A program made the position numbers and the translations under genes. Positions 52,511-57,728 of a stretch of 57,728 nucleotides of DNA are shown in pieces; the stretch's first letter is position 1; the number at the start of each line of letters is the position of its first letter. The DNA lies in IMG/VR virus record IMGVR_UViG_3300045988_009625, positions 1 through 57,728 of that record, one strand, 5' to 3'. The stretch comes from a virus. The notes below the pieces were generated by a model. The model saw only the letters and a list, made by a program, of their open reading frames with translations, ran no database searches and was not told the origin of the DNA.

Positions 52511-52807
52511 TTGATGCAATAGAAAAGTGATGGTAGCGGCAAATAGTTACAAACTTTTATTCAAACATCATTAGTTCTTTTTGACAGGGATAGCGCCCTG
52601 TTCGTATCAAGTGTGAATTACCTACCGATTGGCAGTTTTGTCTTTAGCATATTTATTTAATTCTATTGATATAGAAATAAGAGTATACAGGGTACAGAAG
52701 TCTAAACCACAGAAGTATGAGCCGACCACTGATATACACAATGCTATGACAGTATCCATACAATCTCCTTTCGGAAAGTGTCTACCATCACTTCTCTATT
52801 GTATCAA
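52511..52807. repeat. 26-bp imperfect inverted repeat (24/26) flanking a 245-bp ORF-poor segment
   Basis: TTGATGCAATAGAAAAGTGATGGTAG (52511-52536) matches the reverse complement of 52782-52807 (TTGATACAATAGAGAAGTGATGGTAG). Confidence 0.85.
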
Positions 52808-52908
52808 TAAATATAAAGTTCTACAAGTTACAGCAGATAGGAATGAGCAGAATTGCTCAAATGCGCCTTAAAAGGAATATATCACACATTATTTAGAAAG
52901 GAATGTTT

Positions 52909-53613
52909 ATGGAGTTACAGATTTTTAGCAATTCAGAGTTTGGAGAAATCCGAACTATTACTAAAGATAATGAACCTATGTTTTGCTTGGCTGATGTATG
53001 CAAGGCATTGGAAATATCAAATGTAGGAAATGTTAAGCAGAGGTTATCTGAAAAGGGTATCCATACTGCGGACACCCTTACAAAGGGTGGAATGCAGAAA
53101 ATGACATTTATTAGTGAAGCTAATCTTTACAAGACAATCTTTCAGAGCCGTAAAGAAAGTGCGGAAAGATTTACAGATTGGGTTACATCAGAAGTTCTTC
53201 CGTCAATCAGAAAAACAGGAAGTTACAGTAAGCCTTTGACAACATTTGAACAGATTAGATTATTAGCACAGGGCAACACAGAACTCACAGAGAGAGTTGA
53301 TAAGGTTGAAGATAAGATAATCAGTATCGAAGAAGAGACTCCGCTTTACGGCTGTGAGATTGAAGAAGTGCAGAAACATGTTAGAAAGAAAGGAATTGAA
53401 GTACTTGGCGGAAAGGACAGCAATGCGTACAAAGACGGTGGTATTCGCGGTTCAGTATATTCTGATATATACAAGCAGTTAAAACGCGAATTCGGGTGCG
53501 TGGCGACATACAAGAGTATCAAAAGAAAATACTTGGCTGATGTACATGAATTCATTGACACCTATTTGTTGCCAATAGCACTTGCTGAAGTGGTACATGA
53601 TACAAACATGTAG
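52909..53613 (+). CDS. Bro-N domain antirepressor-like protein
   Basis: MELQIFSNSEFGEIRTITKDNEPMFCLADVCKALE...ISEANLYKTIFQSRKESAERFTDWVTSEVLPSIRKTG. Confidence 0.75.
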   Translation: MELQIFSNSEFGEIRTITKDNEPMFCLADVCKALEISNVGNVKQRLSEKGIHTADTLTKGGMQKMTFISEANLYKTIFQSRKESAERFTDWVTSEVLPSIRKTGSYSKPLTTFEQIRLLAQGNTELTERVDKVEDKIISIEEETPLYGCEIEEVQKHVRKKGIEVLGGKDSNAYKDGGIRGSVYSDIYKQLKREFGCVATYKSIKRKYLADVHEFIDTYLLPIALAEVVHDTNM

Positions 53614-53712
53614 GAGAAGATATGAAAGAAAAGATAATTAACATATTCGCAACACTGGCAGGAATCTAAGAAAGTGCAGAACATGTACTTTTACTACAAG
53701 TAAGGAGTGTTT

Positions 53713-54009
53713 ATGGAAGAAAGGATAAGAGAAGAGATGCTCAACTTGGGTATTCTATCCAATAAAAGAGGTTACATCTACATAATCGAAGCTGTTAAAC
53801 GCTTTGGAAATTTCACATCAATGGAAAATATTTACAACAGTATTGCTAAGGCAATGAATAGATCGCCAGCATCTATTGAAACGTCAATTAGAACAGCAAT
53901 TAAATCAGCTAACCATGATTTATCAGCATGGAAGAATTATGACTGCCTCACAACAAGAGGGGTTATAACAACGATGTATTACAGATGTAAGGAGAATGCC
54001 AATGAGTAA
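53713..54009 (+). CDS. Spo0A C-terminal (DNA-binding) domain-like protein, no receiver domain
   Basis: LGILSNKRGYIYIIEAV...IYNSIAKAMNRSPASIETSIRTAIKSA parallels Spo0A IGVPAHIKGYLYLREAI...[27 protein letters not shown]. Confidence 0.7.
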   Translation: MEERIREEMLNLGILSNKRGYIYIIEAVKRFGNFTSMENIYNSIAKAMNRSPASIETSIRTAIKSANHDLSAWKNYDCLTTRGVITTMYYRCKENANE

Positions 54010-54154
54010 CATAAAAAGAATTATTAAGCTGAACAGAAACAGACAGAGAGCGTTAAAAGAAAGAAACTTTGGAAAGTTCGCAAGATTCAGTTGCAAGCTA
54101 CACGCAATTGAAGCCTATGACAAAGTACCAGTTGGAAGTTATGTATTTAAGTAA
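54002..54154 (+). CDS. small basic ORF (50 aa)
   Basis: ATG overlaps the upstream 3' end. Fills the gap before 54166. Confidence 0.4.
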   Translation: MSNIKRIIKLNRNRQRALKERNFGKFARFSCKLHAIEAYDKVPVGSYVFK

Positions 54155-54165
54155 GGAGAAAAAAG

Positions 54166-54822
54166 ATGGAAAATGCAGTTAATAACAATAATATCACATT
54201 AATAGGAGTAGTCGAGAAAGAAGCAGAATACTCACATGAAGTATTTGGTGAGGGATACTACATATTTATGCTCAAGTGTTTAAGAACAAGTGGCAACGAA
54301 GATGTGTTACCAGTGATAATATCAGATAGACTTACTGATATTAGAGAAATCAAAGTAGGACAGGCTGTCGCGGTTTTAGGACAGATAAGAAGCTTCAATA
54401 AGCATACTGACAATATGAAGAGCAAGCTGATTCTAACAGTTTTCGCAAGAGAATTTGAAGCGCTGACACAGGATTCAGAAGAATTACCATTTGAAGATAA
54501 TACCAATATGGTTACACTTGACGCTTATATCTGTAAGCCGCCTATATACAGATGTACTCCAAAGGGCAGAGAGATTGCAGATATTTTAGTAGCAGTAAAC
54601 AGACCATATGGCAAGTCAGATTACATACCATGTATAGCATGGGGAAGGAATGCAAGATTTGCAGGCGGACTTGAAACAGGGGAGCATATCCAGATTCAGG
54701 GTAGATTCCAGAGCCGTGAATACGCTAAGAAGATAAGCGACAATGAAGTTGAAACAAGAACCGCTTATGAAGTATCGGTAAGCAAGATTGATCATACAGA
54801 GGAGGGCGAAGTTGATGTGTAG
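54166..54822 (+). CDS. tandem OB-fold ssDNA-binding-like protein
   Basis: Two halves each show an SSB-like pattern (ITLIGVV.KE.EYSHEVFGEGYYIFML...DVLPVIIS...VGQAVAVLGQIRSF and VTLDAYICKPP...ADILVAV...IPCIAWGRNA...GEHIQIQGRFQSREY). Confidence 0.55.
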   Translation: MENAVNNNNITLIGVVEKEAEYSHEVFGEGYYIFMLKCLRTSGNEDVLPVIISDRLTDIREIKVGQAVAVLGQIRSFNKHTDNMKSKLILTVFAREFEALTQDSEELPFEDNTNMVTLDAYICKPPIYRCTPKGREIADILVAVNRPYGKSDYIPCIAWGRNARFAGGLETGEHIQIQGRFQSREYAKKISDNEVETRTAYEVSVSKIDHTEEGEVDV

Positions 54823-55006
54823 TGATATTACAGTTAGAGAGTTAGCGGGTATGGCTCTTGATGAAGATATGATGTGTCAGATATGGTCAGCGTTGCGTGG
54901 AACAGTTTTTAACGGTTCGTTTGAAGAAGCTAAGAGTTCAGAGTATGCAGACATAATAGTTGATAACTTCCAGATTGAAGATGGTGTATTTGTTATGAAT
55001 ATTTAA
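54815..55006 (+). CDS. hypothetical small protein
   Basis: ATG 54815 overlaps the upstream stop. The track starts at TTG 54788. Confidence 0.5.
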   Translation: MCSDITVRELAGMALDEDMMCQIWSALRGTVFNGSFEEAKSSEYADIIVDNFQIEDGVFVMNI

Positions 55007-55025
55007 TAAGGAAAGGGTATTGTTT

Positions 55026-56951
55026 ATGAAAATGTTTTTAAAAAGAGCGGTTTTAGAGAATTTTATGTGTTACGCAAGCAGAACAGTTGATTTTTACGAC
55101 ATAACAAAGATTATGGCTGAGAATGGCGTAGGTAAATCAACAATAGCCACGGCATATTTGTGGTGCTTGTTTAACTGTGATTATGAGTTAAAGGATAACC
55201 CGGTAGTCAGAAGAGAAGTTGGCGGAAAATCAGTTGATGATATGGACACAAGTGTTGAACTTGTACTTGATGTTGACGGAAAAGAAATCACTATGAAGAA
55301 AGTGCAGAAGCGTACTTACAGTAAGGACGGCAGTTCATACAAGGACGATAACAAGTATTTTGTCAATGATGTTCCTAAGACATTAAAGGACTTCAACGCA
55401 TATCTTGATGTAGATATGAATGTATTTAAGATGTGCAGTAACATTAACGCATTTCTTAATCAGAAGCCTGCTGAAATGAGAGAATACTTATTTAGTCTTG
55501 TTGAGAATGTGACAGACCTTGATATAGCACGTTCTAAGGCTGAATTAGCAGAGTTAGCACCACTGTTAGAGAAATACACAACGGAAGAACTAACTGCTAT
55601 GAACAAGGCTACAAAGACTAAAATTACTAAAGATTTACCTATTCTTGATGGACAGATTAAGGAAAAAGAAAGAGATATTCAGATTAAGCAGGGCATTAAT
55701 ACATCTGACCTTGAATTGCAGAAGAACAGCCTTAAAGAGCAGATTGCTGATTGCGTGGCAAAACAGACTGATAACGACAAGCTGTTAGCTGAATACGATA
55801 AGGCTAGTGCTGATATTCTTGATTTGAAGTTTAAGCAGAGTGATATGGTCCGTAAAGCTAACGAGGACAATATCAAGGTCAGGCGAGAAGCAGAAATAAG
55901 AATAGAAAATCTCAATGATGTTATAGAGAACTGTAAGAAAGATATTAAAACAGTAGAAAAAGTTATTGCTTTTAACAATGGAATGGTTACAGGATTGCAA
56001 GCAAAACTTGAAGCAATAAGGGTAGAATGGAGCACAGAGAAACAGCGAGAATTTGACGAGAACAGCCTTATTTGTCCTTATTGCAGACAGGAATATTCGG
56101 AGGATAAGAAAGAGGAATTAAGGGTTGATTTTAAGACGCACAAAGAAGCTGAACTTAATCGCATTACTGACAAGGGAAATGCAACCAAGGAAGAGCTTGA
56201 TATTACTAAAGATAAACTTGCAGAAGATGTAAAGAAATCAACCGAATACCGGGAACATTTAGACACATATTCTCACGATATGTTTATTCTTGAAAAGCAG
56301 TTATCCGAACTTCCACAGGAAATTGATGTGACAGCAACAGAAGAGTACAAGGCACTTGAACAGCAGATAGCTGAAAAGGAACAGGCTATGCACAAGGCTA
56401 ATGACATATCGACAGTTAAGGCTGAATTAAAGGCGCAGGAAACAGCCTTAAGGCAGCAGTTAGCAGAATGTGAAAGCCAGATTGCAAAGTCTGATACGGC
56501 AGCAGATGAACAGCGGCTTGAAGAATTAAGGGTAGAACAGCGTACACAGGAACAGAATAAGACCAATGCTGAAAAAATCCTTGATTTGCTTGATGAACTG
56601 GATAAGGCGAAGAATGAAACATTGTCTGACAGCATTAACAGTCATTTCTCACTTGTTAAGTGGAAGCTGTTTGAACTGAACAAGTCTGGCGGTTACAAGT
56701 CGGTTTGCATACCTACAGTTAATGGAAAGTCAATTCTTACAACTATGAGTAACAAGGGCAACAGAATTTTAGGCAGAGTTGATATTTGTAACTCTATCCA
56801 GAAGATTAGCGGTATGTCCGTGCCTATTATCTTAGATGATAGTGAGAGCCTTGACAGTACTAATCAGAAGAAAGTTGCTGATATGGTTGATAGTCAGTTG
56901 ATTATGCTGATTGTCAATGATAGCGAGAAATTAGAGATTGTGGAGGGATGA
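55026..56951 (+). CDS. Rad50/SbcC-like SMC-type ATPase
   Basis: Walker A ENGVGKST, long coiled coil with a central CPYC (zinc-hook-like CxxC), and C-terminal Walker B PIILDDSESLD. Confidence 0.75.
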   Translation: MKMFLKRAVLENFMCYASRTVDFYDITKIMAENGVGKSTIATAYLWCLFNCDYELKDNPVVRREVGGKSVDDMDTSVELVLDVDGKEITMKKVQKRTYSKDGSSYKDDNKYFVNDVPKTLKDFNAYLDVDMNVFKMCSNINAFLNQKPAEMREYLFSLVENVTDLDIARSKAELAELAPLLEKYTTEELTAMNKATKTKITKDLPILDGQIKEKERDIQIKQGINTSDLELQKNSLKEQIADCVAKQTDNDKLLAEYDKASADILDLKFKQSDMVRKANEDNIKVRREAEIRIENLNDVIENCKKDIKTVEKVIAFNNGMVTGLQAKLEAIRVEWSTEKQREFDENSLICPYCRQEYSEDKKEELRVDFKTHKEAELNRITDKGNATKEELDITKDKLAEDVKKSTEYREHLDTYSHDMFILEKQLSELPQEIDVTATEEYKALEQQIAEKEQAMHKANDISTVKAELKAQETALRQQLAECESQIAKSDTAADEQRLEELRVEQRTQEQNKTNAEKILDLLDELDKAKNETLSDSINSHFSLVKWKLFELNKSGGYKSVCIPTVNGKSILTTMSNKGNRILGRVDICNSIQKISGMSVPIILDDSESLDSTNQKKVADMVDSQLIMLIVNDSEKLEIVEG

Positions 56952-56952
56952 T

Positions 56953-57252
56953 ATGAAACTTTATTTTTATAAAACAAATGCCGTCTCTGGCATTACAGTA
57001 GAGGTTTGCGATGCAATAGAAAAGCCTAAGACTTATTGCAAGGAGATTGGCGTTTTCCCGACTTATCTTAACAGAGTAAGAAAGGATGATATAGGCAAGC
57101 TCAAGGATTGGTGCGTGGTGCTTACAGAACCTAACTTTGAGTATGCTAAGAGTAAGTTTAAGGAAAAAGCAGAACAAAGTGTTGAATATGCAAAGAAAGA
57201 CCTTGAAACTAGAGAGAGTTTCTTAAAAGCAATCATTGAAAGTGAGGAATAA
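56953..57252 (+). CDS. hypothetical protein
   Basis: ATG 56953 follows GGAGGG. The track starts at 56938. Confidence 0.6.
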   Translation: MKLYFYKTNAVSGITVEVCDAIEKPKTYCKEIGVFPTYLNRVRKDDIGKLKDWCVVLTEPNFEYAKSKFKEKAEQSVEYAKKDLETRESFLKAIIESEE

Positions 57253-57254
57253 TT

Positions 57255-57728
57255 ATGGCATATAAAGCATTTAACCCAGATTTTACTTGCAAAGGTAAGC
57301 AGTACGAAGAGAACACAACATATGAAGAAAATGGAAATGAGATATGCGAAGCTGGTGTTATGCATTATTGTGAAAATCCATTTGATGTACTGGACTATTA
57401 CCCTCTTGTGAATGAGAATGGCGAGATTTCAGAATTTGCAGAAGTTGAGCCGCTAGGAAAAGTTTTTAAAAGAGAAAACAAATGTGCAACTAATAAGCTT
57501 CACATTAAAGCCAAGTTGGGCTTAAAAGGTTTTATTAAGGCTTGCATAGATTTTACTCTGGAGAAAACGAAGATTGAGGAAATTGAAGATGGCATAGAAA
57601 ATGACAATGGCAATAATTCCGCACAGATAGGTTCAAGCGGAGATTGCGCACAGATAGGTTCAAGTGGAAATTACGCAAAGATAGGTTCAAGCGGAAATTA
57701 CGCAAAGATAGGTTCAAGCGGAAATTAC
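57255..57728 (+). CDS. 5' part of the nonapeptide-repeat protein (3'-partial at the window edge; continues at nt 1-773 if circular)
   Basis: ATG 57255; unique 120-aa N-terminal domain (MAYKAFNPDFTCKGKQYEE...MHYCENPFDVLDYYP...), then GSSG[DN][CY]A[QK]I repeats running off the end. Absent from the ORF track. Confidence 0.8.
   Translation, partial: MAYKAFNPDFTCKGKQYEENTTYEENGNEICEAGVMHYCENPFDVLDYYPLVNENGEISEFAEVEPLGKVFKRENKCATNKLHIKAKLGLKGFIKACIDFTLEKTKIEEIEDGIENDNGNNSAQIGSSGDCAQIGSSGNYAKIGSSGNYAKIGSSGNY
57616..57728 (+). repeat. 27-bp tandem repeat (~4 copies), same family as 1-533
   Basis: The last 11 nt GCGGAAATTAC are identical to nt 1-11. Confidence 0.95.

Noticed and set aside
52629-52871. 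80-aa ORF inside the inverted-repeat-flanked segment.
   Set aside because: It has a non-ATG start without an SD, it crosses the right repeat arm, and its composition is unlike neighbouring genes. The region is treated as non-coding.
1-57728. Looked for retron/DGR-type systems (reverse transcriptase YxDD motifs, template/variable repeat pairs near the fibre genes), CBASS-like or toxin-antitoxin modules, transposases and Cas genes.
   Set aside because: No ORF shows reverse-transcriptase, transposase or Cas hallmarks. I found no ~100-bp imperfect repeat pair at the 3' ends of the tail-fibre genes by eye. The absence call is limited because I had no alignment tools.

Overview
This window reads as a complete, self-closing ~57.7 kb genome of a temperate, siphovirus-like phage or prophage of a low-GC Firmicute, probably a Clostridia-type host. 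The evidence for the tail type is a 1000-aa tape measure, a G/GT chaperone pair and no sheath gene. The host guess rests on a Spo0A-C-like gene, a GH25 endolysin and Shine-Dalgarno-led genes.

Both window ends lie in the same 27-bp tandem repeat and share an 11-nt overlap. One repeat-protein gene (57255-57728 plus 1-773) joins in frame across that junction.

Nearly all genes are on the + strand. The exceptions are a small operon at 18.4-19.7 kb and the CI-like repressor at 51.5-51.9 kb.

Module map:
- 0.8-12.4 kb: recombination and replication. RecT-like protein, MBL-fold nuclease, HNH, YopX (frame-broken), SSB, GIY-YIG, DNA methyltransferase, replisome organizer with internal iterons, and a G39P-like loader.
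- 12.4-13.9 kb: tyrosine integrase plus a candidate attP.
- 13.9-17.8 kb: cassette of low-complexity or membrane proteins of unknown function.
- 17.8-18.4 kb: ORF-free, repeat-rich and hairpin-rich region.
- 18.4-21.3 kb: divergent accessory genes.
- 21.6-22.3 kb: TerS-like gene with pac-like repeats.
- 22.3-27.8 kb: atypical insertion between terS and terL, with 3 tRNA genes, many zinc-ribbon mini-proteins and a second initiator-like gene.
- 27.8-41.7 kb: TerL, portal, scaffold, capsid, connector (with two embedded holin-like genes), tail and tape measure.
- 41.7-44.2 kb: island inside the tail module, including a P22 immI-like RHH + antirepressor unit.
- 44.3-49.4 kb: tail tip and fibre.
- 49.7-51.0 kb: GH25 endolysin.
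- 51.3-52.4 kb: CI/Cro-type switch.
- 52.4-57.3 kb: early genes. Long inverted repeat, Bro-type antirepressor, Spo0A-C-like protein, tandem-OB protein and a Rad50/SbcC-like ATPase.

No CRISPR array, rRNA, transposase or reverse transcriptase was seen. All family calls come from motif recognition by eye; no similarity search was run.
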